DNA of 64,000 nucleotides from Cyanophyceae cyanobacterium (GTDB taxonomy: Bacteria; Cyanobacteriota; Cyanobacteriia; Cyanobacteriales; JBHJGN01), in contig JBHJGN010000004.1 of the NCBI GenBank assembly GCA_050331735.1, positions 96,001-160,000 of the forward strand, given 5' to 3'. Below are positions 49,707-60,747 of this stretch, in pieces. The position numbers and the translations under genes were made by a program. The stretch's first letter is position 1. Each line of letters opens with the position of its first letter. The notes below the pieces were generated by a model, which saw nothing but the letters and a program-made list of their open reading frames with translations, made no database searches and was not told the DNA's origin.

Positions 49707-50951
49707 ATGACATTTAATTATCAATTTGGTCAGATGAATTTAAGCTCTAGCAGTAGGCAAGCTGCCGACTCATCAATTCCCGTGAGAGATAACAACAGTA
49801 GCGTAGAATTACCGATAGGGACAAGTAGCAAACTGGAAGCAATTCCCAGGGAAGAGAGTATGAGTAGCGACATTTTGCCGAGCAACGTCGCCAGGATCAA
49901 GGTCATTGGTGTTGGTGGTGGAGGCTGCAATGCAGTCAACCGGATGATTGAAGGCGGCGTTTCTGGAGTCGAATTTTGGCAAATTAATACTGATGCTCAA
50001 GCGTTGACCTATGCGGCTGCTTCCCAACGCCTGCAGATTGGACAAAAAATTACGCGCGGTTTGGGTGCTGGCGGTAATCCAGCCATTGGTCAAAAGGCAG
50101 CCGAGGAATCACGCGAGGAAATCGCTAGCGCCATTGAGGGAACGGATCTCGTTTTTATTGCTGCCGGAATGGGAGGCGGAACCGGAACGGGTGCGGCTCC
50201 CATCGTTGCGGAGGTGGCAAAGGAGATGGGCTGTTTGACCGTTGGCGTCGTGACTCGTCCGTTTACCTTTGAAGGTCGTCGTCGGACGAATCAGGCAGAA
50301 GAAGGAATCTCTGGGCTGCAATCTCGGGTAGATACCTTAATCGTGATTCCCAATAATCAGCTACTGACGGTGATCTCGCCGGAAACGCCTGTTCAAGAAG
50401 CGTTTCGGGTGGCAGATGATATTCTTCGTCAAGGGGTTCAGGGAATTTCTGACATTATCACCATTCCAGGACTAGTCAACGTGGACTTTGCTGACGTGCG
50501 CGCCGTCATGGCTGATGCTGGTTCGGCTCTCATGGGGATTGGGATTGGGTCTGGTAAATCCCGCGCCCGAGAAGGAGCCATTGCCGCTATTTCTTCGCCG
50601 CTGCTGGAGTCTTCCATTGAGGGGGCCAGGGGCGTTGTGTTAAACATTACTGGTGGTGACGATCTCAGCCTGCACGAAGTCAATACGGCGGCTGAAACCA
50701 TCTATGAAATTGTCGATCCAAACGCGAACATCATCTTCGGAGCCGTCATTGACGAAAGAATGCAGGGAGAAATTCGGATTACGGTAATTGCCACTGGCTT
50801 TACCGGGGAATCTCACTCTGGAGGAGCGACCAAAGCGACCACCCCTTCTCCTAGTCGCTCGCCATCGCCGACAAAACCCACTGAGAACAGCGAGCCTTCC
50901 CTCGATATTCCTGAGTTTTTGCGCAGACGGCGATTCTCCAAAGGACTATAA
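49707..50951 (+). CDS. ftsZ: Cell division protein FtsZ
   Basis: [34 protein letters not shown]-terminal LDIPEFL. Confidence 0.98.
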   Translation: MTFNYQFGQMNLSSSSRQAADSSIPVRDNNSSVELPIGTSSKLEAIPREESMSSDILPSNVARIKVIGVGGGGCNAVNRMIEGGVSGVEFWQINTDAQALTYAAASQRLQIGQKITRGLGAGGNPAIGQKAAEESREEIASAIEGTDLVFIAAGMGGGTGTGAAPIVAEVAKEMGCLTVGVVTRPFTFEGRRRTNQAEEGISGLQSRVDTLIVIPNNQLLTVISPETPVQEAFRVADDILRQGVQGISDIITIPGLVNVDFADVRAVMADAGSALMGIGIGSGKSRAREGAIAAISSPLLESSIEGARGVVLNITGGDDLSLHEVNTAAETIYEIVDPNANIIFGAVIDERMQGEIRITVIATGFTGESHSGGATKATTPSPSRSPSPTKPTENSEPSLDIPEFLRRRRFSKGL

Positions 50952-50956
50952 AGTTA

Positions 50957-51766
50957 ATGATTCCAACGGCGCTCACAATCGCTGGCTCCGATAGCGGCGG
51001 CGGTGCTGGCATTCAGGCCGATCTCCGCACCTTCTCGTTTCATCGCGTACACGGAACAAGCGCCATTACCTGTATTACGGCTCAAAACACGGTAGCGGTC
51101 ACCCAAGTCGTGCCGCTGGCTCCGGATGCGGTCGTTGCTCAAATTGAGGCAGTCATCAGCGATATTGGTGTCCAGGCTGTTAAAACCGGTATGCTGCTCA
51201 ATCAGGAGATTATTACCGCCGTGGCTCAGCAAGTTGAGCGCTGGCAGCTCACTCAGCTAGTGGTCGACCCGGTGATGGTATCGCGGGCGGGAGACCAGCT
51301 CATTGATAATGAGGCGATCGCTCAACTGAAAACAGAATTACTGCCGCAGGCGTTGATTGCTACTCCTAACCGCTACGAAGCTCAGCTACTGAGCGGTTTA
51401 GAAATTAATACCCTGAAAGATATGCACACGGCGGCAGTCGCGATTTATCAGCAGGGAGCGGCAGCCGTGTTAGTCAAAGGAGGAGCAATGTCTGGCGAAC
51501 TCCGAGGGGTTGATGTTTGGTTTGATGGCCAAGCAGAAACCCTAACAACAAATACTGTAGAGACGGCTAACACCCACGGAACAGGCTGTACTCTTTCAGC
51601 GGCGATCACCGCTAATCTAGCCCTTGGTTATGCTCCCTTCGCAGCGGTCCGGCAGGCAAAAGACTACGTGACATTAGCTCTCAAACATTCCTTAGATATT
51701 GGCCAGGGAAGCGGGCCAGTCGGACACTTTTTCCCCTTGCTTGGTTCCGAATCGAGCGGAGCGTGA
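50957..51766 (+). CDS. thiD: Hydroxymethylpyrimidine/phosphomethylpyrimidine kinase
   Basis: LTIAGSDSGGGAGIQADL, KTGML, DPVM, TPNRYEA, THGTGCTLS. Confidence 0.96.
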   Translation: MIPTALTIAGSDSGGGAGIQADLRTFSFHRVHGTSAITCITAQNTVAVTQVVPLAPDAVVAQIEAVISDIGVQAVKTGMLLNQEIITAVAQQVERWQLTQLVVDPVMVSRAGDQLIDNEAIAQLKTELLPQALIATPNRYEAQLLSGLEINTLKDMHTAAVAIYQQGAAAVLVKGGAMSGELRGVDVWFDGQAETLTTNTVETANTHGTGCTLSAAITANLALGYAPFAAVRQAKDYVTLALKHSLDIGQGSGPVGHFFPLLGSESSGA

Positions 51767-52040
51767 CTCTAAGTATTCACGGCAATCTTAGCGCTGATGG
51801 GATTGCCTATCACTGGCAGCCTCGGTAGCGAGGTGTCATTAAAGCGAGCAGTTTTTCTGTTTACCTAACATTTCTTGAGTTAACAAAAATTATTATATGC
51901 GGCCTGGATAGCGCTCGAATGTGTTCTATCTTGGCTTTACAGGACTGACCCCACTTTAACGAGTAACCAGTCAACAAATTGTTGTTAAAATTTGACTTTT
52001 GAGTTAAAAAGCAATCAATAACCGGCAATTCCTTAAGAGA

Positions 52041-52499
52041 ATGACCAAGAAGATTGAAACCTCCCCTCCAGCAGCAACCACAGCTTATTGTCCGGCTGTG
52101 CCAATTTCGCTTTATCGAGAAGTAGTGGGAGAACTGCAGGCAACTAAAGCACAGCTCGACTCTTTAAAGTGCCAAAATCAGCAGCTTGTGCGACAGAATC
52201 AACAGCTCCGGCAGGAAGCGGAGAAAATTTTTTATTCCGCTCAGAATCTGAAGCAGGTTCTCGTCGCTGGCGACCGCGCTGGCCAGGAATCGAGGGGCTT
52301 CAAGCCCGTAGTAGCAATGCCGCCCTCGGCTCAAGTCCAGACAACCGTGGCCGCCCCGCTCCCCCAGTATCTTGCCAATCTTAAAACCCCATTCCCCCAT
52401 CGCTGGGGTTTAGCTCTCTTAATTGGAGCAATCGGCTTCAGTGCCTTTGCCGCTGGTTTTTTCCTCATCCCGCTGCTGATGAACCAGAATAATCGTTAG
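52041..52499 (+). CDS. Hypothetical coiled-coil protein with C-terminal TM anchor
   Basis: VPISLYREVVGELQ...NQQLVRQNQQLRQE coiled coil; hydrophobic C-terminus. Confidence 0.7.
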   Translation: MTKKIETSPPAATTAYCPAVPISLYREVVGELQATKAQLDSLKCQNQQLVRQNQQLRQEAEKIFYSAQNLKQVLVAGDRAGQESRGFKPVVAMPPSAQVQTTVAAPLPQYLANLKTPFPHRWGLALLIGAIGFSAFAAGFFLIPLLMNQNNR

Positions 52500-52583
52500 C
52501 CATACATCAGTGATTGCTCAAAATTAGCTTTTTGCGATGGGTAGCGATGGCATAATAAATTTATTTCGTACCGCTAAGCGCTA

Positions 52584-53912
52584 ATGGGAGCTATTCAAGC
52601 CGTTAAAGGAACGCGGGACATTTTACCCGCAGAAGTGGGCTACTGGCAGCAGGTTGAAGCTGTTGCTGCTCAAATTCTTCATCGAGCCGCCTACCAAGAA
52701 ATGCGTCCGCCAGTGCTGGAGCATACAGAACTCTTTGAAAGAGGCATTGGCGAAGCAACGGACGTGGTCAGTAAGGAAATGTATACTTTTGACGATCGAG
52801 CCACGCCCCCGCGATCGCTGACGCTGCGTCCTGAAGTCACCGCCGGACTCGTGCGAGCCTTCATTCAAAATAGTCTGCACACCAGTGGCGGGGTGCAGCG
52901 GATTTGGTGTGTCGGCCCCGTGTTTCGCTACGAAAATCCTCAAGCTGGACGACAAAGACAGTTTCACCAGCTTGACGTTGAGGCTATTGGCAGTGGCGAT
53001 CCTCGGGCCGATGTGGAGGTGATTGCGATCGCCACCGATATTTTAAACTCTCTTGGTTTAACGAAGCTCCATCTTGACCTCAACTCCGTCGGGAATCGAG
53101 AAGATCGCCAGCACTATCGAGAAGCGCTGGTAAACTACTTTACTCCTTACCAGAACGAGCTAGACAAAGACTCTCAAGAGCGTCTCGGTCGTAACCCGCT
53201 GAGAATCCTCGACAGCAAAGACAAACGAACTCAGGAAATTGCCCAAGGAGCGCCCAACATCCTCGACTACTTGAGCGCCGATTCGCAGCGACATTTTGAC
53301 CGCGTTCAACAACTCTTAAACGTTCTCGGAATCAACTATCAGCTCAATCCTCGCCTGGTCCGCGGTCTAGATTACTACACCCATACCGCTTTTGAAATTA
53401 TTTCCGACGACCTCGGAGCACAGGCAACAGTCTGTGGTGGCGGACGTTATGATAGTTTGGTGCAGGAACTGGGCGGACCGGATACACCCGCTGTCGGTTG
53501 GGGAATGGGCCTAGAGCGCTTAATTCTGCTGCTACAGCAGAAGCAGATTGTTAGCTCTCGCCCAGATTTTTATATTGTTTCTCGGGGAGAACAGGCGGAA
53601 GCGCAAGCTTTAGTGTTGGCACAGAAGCTACGAACGCAGTTCTCAGTAGAGCTAGATCTTAGCGGGAGTAAGTTCGCTAAGCAGTTTAAACGCGCCGACC
53701 GCAGCGCGGCTTCTGCTTGCTTAGTTTTGGGAGAGGCAGAAGCTGCATCGAATACAGTTCAGCTCAAATGGATGGCCTCTGGAGAGCAACAGGAACTCTC
53801 TCAAGCACAATTACTCGCTATGACCGAGCAATTGCGAGAGCAACTCGCGTTACATCATCGGGAGAAAGAATATGAAGAACTGGGAGTTTCTGATTCAGAA
53901 AGCAGGGGATGA
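52584..53912 (+). CDS. hisS: Histidine--tRNA ligase
   Basis: GTRDILP, KEMYTF, LRPEVTA, FRYENPQAGRQRQFHQ, LVRGLDYY, GGGRYD, GLERL. Confidence 0.97.
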   Translation: MGAIQAVKGTRDILPAEVGYWQQVEAVAAQILHRAAYQEMRPPVLEHTELFERGIGEATDVVSKEMYTFDDRATPPRSLTLRPEVTAGLVRAFIQNSLHTSGGVQRIWCVGPVFRYENPQAGRQRQFHQLDVEAIGSGDPRADVEVIAIATDILNSLGLTKLHLDLNSVGNREDRQHYREALVNYFTPYQNELDKDSQERLGRNPLRILDSKDKRTQEIAQGAPNILDYLSADSQRHFDRVQQLLNVLGINYQLNPRLVRGLDYYTHTAFEIISDDLGAQATVCGGGRYDSLVQELGGPDTPAVGWGMGLERLILLLQQKQIVSSRPDFYIVSRGEQAEAQALVLAQKLRTQFSVELDLSGSKFAKQFKRADRSAASACLVLGEAEAASNTVQLKWMASGEQQELSQAQLLAMTEQLREQLALHHREKEYEELGVSDSESRG

Positions 53913-55209
53913 CGTTTGGCAGCCTTTGCAAGCGTCTGGGGAAATTGAAGTCGGGAGCTATCGAATCGTGGCGCAAACGCAGCGAGTCAATACTGAGGTA
54001 GAAATTCGCGTCACCTACTACGGCAAGGTAACTCGCTCCCAAAAATGCCAGCGGCAGACTAACGCCGAAGGTCTGGTTGCCGTTGTTCCGTTCACCGACT
54101 TTCAACCGGGTTTGTGGGAAATTGACTGCCACGGCGACCTGATGGGGGAGCTAATGGGAGAAAGCTGGCAAGCAAGCCTGCATCTGCAAGTTGTACCCCC
54201 ACCAGAAGCGGCACCGGCTACAGAACGATCTGCTCCCTCTTCTAACAGCGAGATTGAAGACGCTTGGGAACTCGTTGCTTCGGTAGAGTTTGAGGACGAT
54301 CCGAATGCCGTGCCAGTGCCTCTAGCAGAGGATTTAAGGCAACCCGAAGCAGCAGGAAAGGAGCTACCAGAGTTAGAATTGACGCTCTATCAAGATACCT
54401 TCCTCAAAGGAAAAGAACCAATTCTGCTCTCGGGTCGCATTGATATTGCCAATGCCGATGCCTCGGCCCATTGGCAATTATTTGGCGGAAGACTGCGCTA
54501 CCAGCTCCGCGATCCGCGAACGGCAGAGGTGCTTTTCGATGCCCAACAGCCTTTGTCAAAACAAGCTTTGCCGCTGATCTTTAGCTACACTTTAGAACTT
54601 CAAGCTTGGGAAACCTGTTTGCTGCTAGGAGAGGTCTCTCTCGAAGTGGCTTCGGAACAGGATGAATCGGAAACAGTGCCGATCGCTAGCCAAGGCTTTA
54701 CCATTACCGCCGATGTCGCAGAGCTCCTTCCTGCTCAAGGATTCGATGTACAAAAGCTCAGACGGTATCAATCTGCTGGTGCGCTGCGTCGTCTCAGCTT
54801 ATTTGACCCCAGAAAAAGCCGAATGAACAAGCTGATGCGCTCGCGCTCCTCATCGGGGCAGATCCTGCCGCCGAGAATTAGCTCTCGGGATTCCGGCGAA
54901 CCGATTAGCGAACCTCAGCTCCCTAAATTTCCGATGCAGCTTGCCTCGGTAGCTAGCATTCAGTACTCTGATGCCGCCCTCGCTGAAGAGTCTGTCGCTG
55001 CTGATGACAAGGCGATCGCCGCTGACCAAGCTTTTGCTGCTCTGAACCTGCAAGAACGTTTCTGGTCGCGTCTGAGTTCTTTAACCGATCCGGAGGTAGA
55101 TTCTGTTGAGTCAGAAACAGATGCGGAAGACACTAACGGTGCTCGTGACGATGAGGAAGAAATTGATGTTGAAGCTACTGAAGAGGCTGAGCAAGCGACT
55201 CAAGATTAA
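53872..55209 (+). CDS. Hypothetical protein (beta-rich domains, acidic tail)
   Basis: 445-aa ORF starting MKNWEFLIQK; overlaps the hisS 3' end by 41 bp. Confidence 0.75.
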   Translation: MKNWEFLIQKAGDDVWQPLQASGEIEVGSYRIVAQTQRVNTEVEIRVTYYGKVTRSQKCQRQTNAEGLVAVVPFTDFQPGLWEIDCHGDLMGELMGESWQASLHLQVVPPPEAAPATERSAPSSNSEIEDAWELVASVEFEDDPNAVPVPLAEDLRQPEAAGKELPELELTLYQDTFLKGKEPILLSGRIDIANADASAHWQLFGGRLRYQLRDPRTAEVLFDAQQPLSKQALPLIFSYTLELQAWETCLLLGEVSLEVASEQDESETVPIASQGFTITADVAELLPAQGFDVQKLRRYQSAGALRRLSLFDPRKSRMNKLMRSRSSSGQILPPRISSRDSGEPISEPQLPKFPMQLASVASIQYSDAALAEESVAADDKAIAADQAFAALNLQERFWSRLSSLTDPEVDSVESETDAEDTNGARDDEEEIDVEATEEAEQATQD

Positions 55210-55250
55210 ACTCCCCTGACTCGAAAGCCGAATGGAAAATAAGCGTCAAA

Positions 55251-56951
55251 TCACTTTGCAGCGGCTTTTTTTCGCTGTTTCTTGGCTTTAGCGGCTTTTT
55301 TGGCGGCTTTCTTCTCTGCTTCTATTCTTTGTCGCTCTTTTTCTTTCTCTTCTTCAAGCTTGGTTAAATAGTAGTGATAATCACCTCGATAAACCAGCAG
55401 TTCTCCGTCGCGAATTTCAACAATTTTATTTGCTACTTTAGAAATAAAGTAGCGATCGTGAGACACCACAATCAGAGAGCCATCATACTGCTGGAGTGCT
55501 TCTTCGAGCATTTCTTTGGCGGGAATATCCAGGTGATTCGTTGGCTCATCTAGCAGCAGTAAATTAGCCGGACTCAGCAGCATTTTAGCTAAGGCTAAGC
55601 GAGCTTTTTCGCCACCGCTGAGGGCGCTGACTGATTTTCGGACCGTATCACCGCTGAACAAAAATCTGCCGAGCAGGCTGCGAACTTCCTCGTTCTTCCA
55701 GTCGGGAACTTCGTCGTGGATGGTATCTATGACAGTTTTGTTGAGCGGCAATGCTTCTGCCTGATTTTGCTCAAAATAGCCAGGAATGACGTTGTGCTTG
55801 CCCAAGCTGACAATTCCTTCTTCCGGCTGCTCCAGGCCCATCATCATGCGTAGAAGCGTCGATTTGCCGGCTCCATTTGGTCCTAAAATAGCAATGCGAT
55901 CGCTTCTTTCTACCAACAGTTCAGCGCCTAAAAACAAAATCTTATCGCTGTAGGTGTGAACGAGATCCTTAATAGCGACTACTTCCCGTCCGCTGCGTGG
56001 GGAAGGGGGAAATCGAAAGCGCAACGTTTTAACATCGGCGATTGGGGCTTCTATGCGCTCAATTTTTTCAAGCTGTTTCTCGCGGCTTTTTGCCTGGGTA
56101 CTGCGGGTCGCGCTAGCGCGGAAGCGCTCCACAAAGGCCTGCTGACGCTCGATCTCTTTCTGCTGGCGCTCGTAGGTGCTTTGCTGAGCTACTTTTGCTT
56201 CTGCTTTTTGCTGAAGGTAGGCAGAGTAGTTGCCCAAGTAGGTTGTAGATACTCCCCGTTCGGTTTCGACAATCTTGGTGCAGAGGCGGTCTAGAAACTC
56301 GCGGTCGTGGGAAACAATTACCATCGGAGTGTTTAACTCTTTGAGGTAATTTTCCAGCCACTCAATGGTCGCCAAATCGAGATGGTTAGTGGGCTCGTCG
56401 AGCAGCAGCAGATCTGGGCTTTGCAGCAAAATCTTGCCTAAGCTCATCCGCATCTGCCAGCCACCGCTAAAGGAGCTAACCAGGCGATCACCGTCTTCGG
56501 CGGCGAATCCCATCTCTGGTAGAATCTTTTCAATCTGAGCTTCAAGTCCATAGCCGTCTAACGCCTCAAACTGTCGCTGATGCTTGTCTAGCTTGTTAAT
56601 CAAAGTCTCTAGCTGCTCTGGCGTTGCTGTTTCCATCTCGTGCTGCACCTGGACAAGAGCCTGCTGCACTCGATTCGCCTCCTCAAATACTGTCCAGAAT
56701 TCTTCTCGCACCGTCCGAGTTGGTTCAACCTCAAACTCCTGCGTTAGATAAGCAATGTGCAGGCTAGCTGGTCGAATGACCTCTCCAGAGGTGGCTTCTG
56801 TCTCTCCGGTAATAATGCGTAGCTGAGTCGATTTTCCGGCTCCGTTAACCCCGACGAGTCCAACTCGCTCTCCGGGCTTCACTTCCCAGTTAACGTCTTT
56901 GAGCACTTCACCCGTTGGGTATATCTTGCTAATATGTTCGAGTCGCAGCAT
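55251..56951 (-). CDS. ABC-F family ATP-binding protein
   Basis: Two NBDs (GVNGAGKST, FSGGWQ, LDEPTNHLD; GPNGAGKST, LSGGEK), no TM domain; start MLRLEHISK. Confidence 0.93.
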   Translation of the reverse strand: MLRLEHISKIYPTGEVLKDVNWEVKPGERVGLVGVNGAGKSTQLRIITGETEATSGEVIRPASLHIAYLTQEFEVEPTRTVREEFWTVFEEANRVQQALVQVQHEMETATPEQLETLINKLDKHQRQFEALDGYGLEAQIEKILPEMGFAAEDGDRLVSSFSGGWQMRMSLGKILLQSPDLLLLDEPTNHLDLATIEWLENYLKELNTPMVIVSHDREFLDRLCTKIVETERGVSTTYLGNYSAYLQQKAEAKVAQQSTYERQQKEIERQQAFVERFRASATRSTQAKSREKQLEKIERIEAPIADVKTLRFRFPPSPRSGREVVAIKDLVHTYSDKILFLGAELLVERSDRIAILGPNGAGKSTLLRMMMGLEQPEEGIVSLGKHNVIPGYFEQNQAEALPLNKTVIDTIHDEVPDWKNEEVRSLLGRFLFSGDTVRKSVSALSGGEKARLALAKMLLSPANLLLLDEPTNHLDIPAKEMLEEALQQYDGSLIVVSHDRYFISKVANKIVEIRDGELLVYRGDYHYYLTKLEEEKEKERQRIEAEKKAAKKAAKAKKQRKKAAAK

Positions 56952-57070
56952 AAAGAAACTTCCGAGATCAACAAATGCAGCCTTCTGCCCGTTAAATTGT
57001 ATAACAAATTTTGAATATTTGTAAGCAACTTTAGTCGAGTTATCTACATAGTATTGGGTCAGACTCAAGG

Positions 57071-57664
57071 TTACGGCGATCTAAACGGATTCGCTAAAAC
57101 ACCTAAAATACTGTTAATTTCTTTAATATAAAAATCACTGAGATCGATAAAAACTTGCTGATTAACAAGTTTAAGAAATTTCCAGATAGAGCCAGTCGTC
57201 ACGGCACCATAGATGAATTCCGTCTCTTGTTGATTAAAACGCTGTGCAGCAACCATTTCAGCAATACACTGTCCTAATCCACCTTTGATATTTTCGTTTT
57301 TTGCTTCTACTAAAGTGACGACAGGAGTACGAATTTCATAGATTTCTGGCGATGCGGTCAGAATGTAGTCGCAGTATCCGTTCAATCCAATACTAAAATC
57401 AACATTGAATTCTACCCCCGAAAAAAAGCTGATTTTGTAATCGAAGATCCGGCGAACTTCTAGCAAAACTGGAGCAATTATTAATTCAGAGCGAGCTTTT
57501 TCTGTATTAATTGCACTAGCAAGCGGTAAATTTTCTCGAAGCGTTTGTTGCAGATACTGACTTGGCTCAATAGGTTCTATGCTGGTAAATAAATAGTCTT
57601 CTGCAATGGCAAGATCGAAAGCAACTCTTGCTTTCGTAATCGTTGTGAAATCACTGTAAGCCAT
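57071..57664 (-). CDS. Hypothetical protein with PD-(D/E)XK nuclease-like motifs
   Basis: EKARSELII, NGYCDY, VEAK, GLGQCIAEM, YGAVTTGSIWKF. Confidence 0.7.
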   Translation of the reverse strand: MAYSDFTTITKARVAFDLAIAEDYLFTSIEPIEPSQYLQQTLRENLPLASAINTEKARSELIIAPVLLEVRRIFDYKISFFSGVEFNVDFSIGLNGYCDYILTASPEIYEIRTPVVTLVEAKNENIKGGLGQCIAEMVAAQRFNQQETEFIYGAVTTGSIWKFLKLVNQQVFIDLSDFYIKEINSILGVLANPFRSP

Positions 57665-57760
57665 TGTTTTTACCCAGTTCGTTTTTGAAAGCTACACAGT
57701 TTGAATGAGGGGAAAGGGCGGCATGGTTAAGCCAGTAGCTAGAGCTGAAATTAGCAGAAG

Positions 57761-58624
57761 CTAGTGCGATCGCGGATTAAAGACTTCGCTGAGTCCTTCT
57801 CCGAGCAGCGAGAGTCCAACCACCATTGAAGACATGGCTAAGCCTGGAAATAGGGCCGTCCACCAAATTCCAGTGGGGAGAGCATCGAGGGCTAGTTTGA
57901 GGTCGTGACCCCATTCTGGAACCGTTTCCGGCAATCCTAGACCTAGAAATCCGAGCGCCCCCAAAATGAGAATGGCATCGGCGGCGTTGAGGGTAAACAG
58001 CACTGGAACGCTTTGAATGACGTTGAAAAACAGATAGCGAGACAGCACTCTCGCTGGCGTAGCTCCCATTGCTCTAGCCGCTTCAACGAACAGTTCGGTC
58101 TTAACGCTCGTTGTATGGTTGCGAACAACGCGAAAATACTGCGGCACATAGGAAATACTCAAGGCGATCGCCGCGTTCAAAACGCCGCGACCAACGACAA
58201 ATGCTAAGGTGACAGACAGCAGCAGTCCGGGCAAGGTATAAATGGTATCCATCAAAAACAGCAATACCCGATCGACTTTGCCGCCTAAATAGCCGCTAAT
58301 TAAACCGAGAGGAACGCCAACGATTAAGGATAAAGTGGTAGCGAGAACCACCACCTGGAGAGCTGCCTGAGAGCCGATTAGAGTCCGCGAAAAAACATCA
58401 TAGCCCTGACGAGTCGTGCCAAACCAATAGTCAGCACCAGGAGGTTCGTGAATCGGATTAATTAAAGATTCAGTGGGATCTTGCAGCCATCCCCAGGCTT
58501 GCAACACTGGAGCGAGCAGGGCGACGCTGATGAAGAAAAGAGTAATGGCTAGCCCGACTAACATGAGCTGTCGAGACAGGCTTGGAGCCGTCAGACGGGG
58601 AAGGGTAAATTTTGTGGTGGTCAC
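57761..58624 (-). CDS. Peptide/nickel ABC transporter permease (DppC/OppC-like)
   Basis: WFGTTRQGYDVFSR, EAA loop FVEAARAMGA, LGFLGLG...PEWG, LLGEGL. Confidence 0.9.
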   Translation of the reverse strand: MTTTKFTLPRLTAPSLSRQLMLVGLAITLFFISVALLAPVLQAWGWLQDPTESLINPIHEPPGADYWFGTTRQGYDVFSRTLIGSQAALQVVVLATTLSLIVGVPLGLISGYLGGKVDRVLLFLMDTIYTLPGLLLSVTLAFVVGRGVLNAAIALSISYVPQYFRVVRNHTTSVKTELFVEAARAMGATPARVLSRYLFFNVIQSVPVLFTLNAADAILILGALGFLGLGLPETVPEWGHDLKLALDALPTGIWWTALFPGLAMSSMVVGLSLLGEGLSEVFNPRSH

Positions 58625-58665
58625 TTTCTAACTCCATTGAATCTCCTAATAATTAATTTGTAGTA

Positions 58666-58700
58666 GGGAAAAAGGGGAAAGGGGAAGGGGAAAAGGGAAA
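58666..58700 (+). repeat. Purine-rich GGGG-AAA short tandem repeat (STRR-like)
   Basis: GGGAAAAAGGGGAAAGGGGAAGGGGAAAAGGGAAA. Confidence 0.6.
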
Positions 58701-58916
58701 TTTGATGTTTATCTCCAAACTCTTAAGGATAAACCTCTCAAGAAAGAACTGAGATGATGACTAAAACTGGCCCGTCTGGGCTCTTAGTTTGCCAGAAGAG
58801 CCTCTTCGCGTCAAATGCTCAAGGAGGGCATACCTGCTCAGCATGCCCTCTGCGTGGAAATTGAGGAATATATACAAGGAACCCACGGTCGGGTCACCTC
58901 AATCAACCTTGACTAT

Positions 58917-60311
58917 CTATTTAGCGGATACAGCCTCAGTGGGGAGAAAACTGTCGAGCACCTGACGGTATTCGCTCTTTTGCTTCACTCCTTTCATTTC
59001 CTGAAGCATTTCCTTGTCTTTAAAGAACTGAATGGTCGGCGTACCAACTACTTGAGCCGTTTTGGCAATGTCGGGATCTTCCACAATATCGATCTCGACA
59101 AAGTGAATTTTGCCCTCGTACTCGTTAATAACGCTGTTAAGAATCGGCTTGAGCTGTTTGCAAGGACCGCAGGTTGGAGAGACATACTTGACCATAATCG
59201 GGCGATCACTTTCATGGAAGAGCCGACGCAGCGCGTAGCCTCCATGATACTTCGTGGCGTTGATGTCGAAGGTTTCTTCTGTATCCGCCGCGCTGGTCGC
59301 TGCTTGAGGCTCGGTTTTCGGCTCCTCTTCTGATGCTGGCTTTTGATGATACTCAGTAATGAGGTGATTAACAGAAAGCCAGCGCTCTGCCTCCATCGCT
59401 GCCATACAGCCTGTCCCCGCAGCGGTAATCGCCTGCCGATATTCGTGGTCCTGGACATCTCCAGCCGCATACACCCCCTCGACGCTTGTCGAGACAGTAC
59501 CAGGCTGCACCTTGATATAGCCAACATTATCGAGTTCGAGCTGACCTTTAAACAGAGACGTATTGGGGTTATGACCGATGGCGTAGAATAAGCCTTTAAC
59601 GTGGAGATCTGATTCTTCCCCAGTTTGATTATTGCGTAGCTTGATGCCATCGAGATGTTTGCCGTCCCCGAACACATCAACGGCCTCGGTGTTCCAATGA
59701 ACGGTAATCTTAGGGTTATTAAATACCCGATCCTGCATCGTTTTGCTAGCACGTAACTCGTCCCGACGCACCAGCAAATGCACGTGGTCGCCATACTTAG
59801 TCAGATAAACCGCTTCTTCGGCGGCGGAGTCTCCGCCGCCAACAACTGCGACTTCCTGGCCGTGGAAAATGGGGCTAGCGCCATCGCAAATGGCACAGGC
59901 AGAAATCCCGTGACTCCAAAATTGGTTCTCGCAGGGGAGGTCTAACCGCTTTGCCGTTGCCCCTGTCGCAATCACGATGCTGTGAGCTTTCAATTCTCTT
60001 TCGTTGGAGCGAATCACAAACGGGCGCTGACTGAGATCGACATGAACAACGTCTTCTGTGTAGCTCTCGGTTCCCCAGCGGAGAGCCTGAGCCTTCATTC
60101 GTTCCATCAATTCGGGGCCTGTCAATCCTTCTGGGAAGCCGGGAAAATTTTCGACTTCTGTCGTGGTCATGAGCTGACCGCCCGGTATTCCGGCTTGATA
60201 TCCTTCAAACATGACGGGCTTTAAATTAGCTCTAGCAGCATAGATAGCAGCCGTATAGCCAGCCGGACCAGAACCAATAATCACTAAATTTTCTACCTGG
60301 GAATTTGTCAT
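58917..60311 (-). CDS. trxB: NADPH thioredoxin reductase fused to C-terminal thioredoxin (NTRC type)
   Basis: [33 protein letters not shown]-terminal Trx domain with TCGPC and VVGTPT. Confidence 0.95.
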   Translation of the reverse strand: MTNSQVENLVIIGSGPAGYTAAIYAARANLKPVMFEGYQAGIPGGQLMTTTEVENFPGFPEGLTGPELMERMKAQALRWGTESYTEDVVHVDLSQRPFVIRSNERELKAHSIVIATGATAKRLDLPCENQFWSHGISACAICDGASPIFHGQEVAVVGGGDSAAEEAVYLTKYGDHVHLLVRRDELRASKTMQDRVFNNPKITVHWNTEAVDVFGDGKHLDGIKLRNNQTGEESDLHVKGLFYAIGHNPNTSLFKGQLELDNVGYIKVQPGTVSTSVEGVYAAGDVQDHEYRQAITAAGTGCMAAMEAERWLSVNHLITEYHQKPASEEEPKTEPQAATSAADTEETFDINATKYHGGYALRRLFHESDRPIMVKYVSPTCGPCKQLKPILNSVINEYEGKIHFVEIDIVEDPDIAKTAQVVGTPTIQFFKDKEMLQEMKGVKQKSEYRQVLDSFLPTEAVSAK

Positions 60312-60747
60312 TCTTAAATGAAACTCATAACGACTACGTATAAGCACAGTATAATATATTTTCTCCCAATGAAAAAGACCTACAGCAGAATTTCAGCAGC
60401 AAACCCCTGAGCAAGCAATATTTGCTGTCATGTTGCTAGCTGAGCTACTGTGTAAAGCTGCAACGCTGGATTGAGCAGGAGCAAGCTTCGCGAACGTCGT
60501 TGTGTCAATTGCACGAAAACAACTTATTTGCCAATCGAAGATGGAGGAGAGCAAAGGAGCAGAAGAAGCGAAATGCTCTCCAGCTAGCAGCTCCCGGTGC
60601 TGTGTCTGCTTTAAAATTTAAGTCTACCCAGCTACGGCTCTTTAAGATTAACCGAAGCGATCGCCCCTGGAGCGGACTCTTACTAGATACAGATGAAGGA
60701 CGTTAATTGCCAAAGCTACATTGTAGCCATCAAATGTGGAGAAAACG

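Noticed and set aside
58815..59794. 172-aa (+) and 248-aa (-) ORFs within trxB
   Set aside because: Alternative-frame shadows of a well-supported gene
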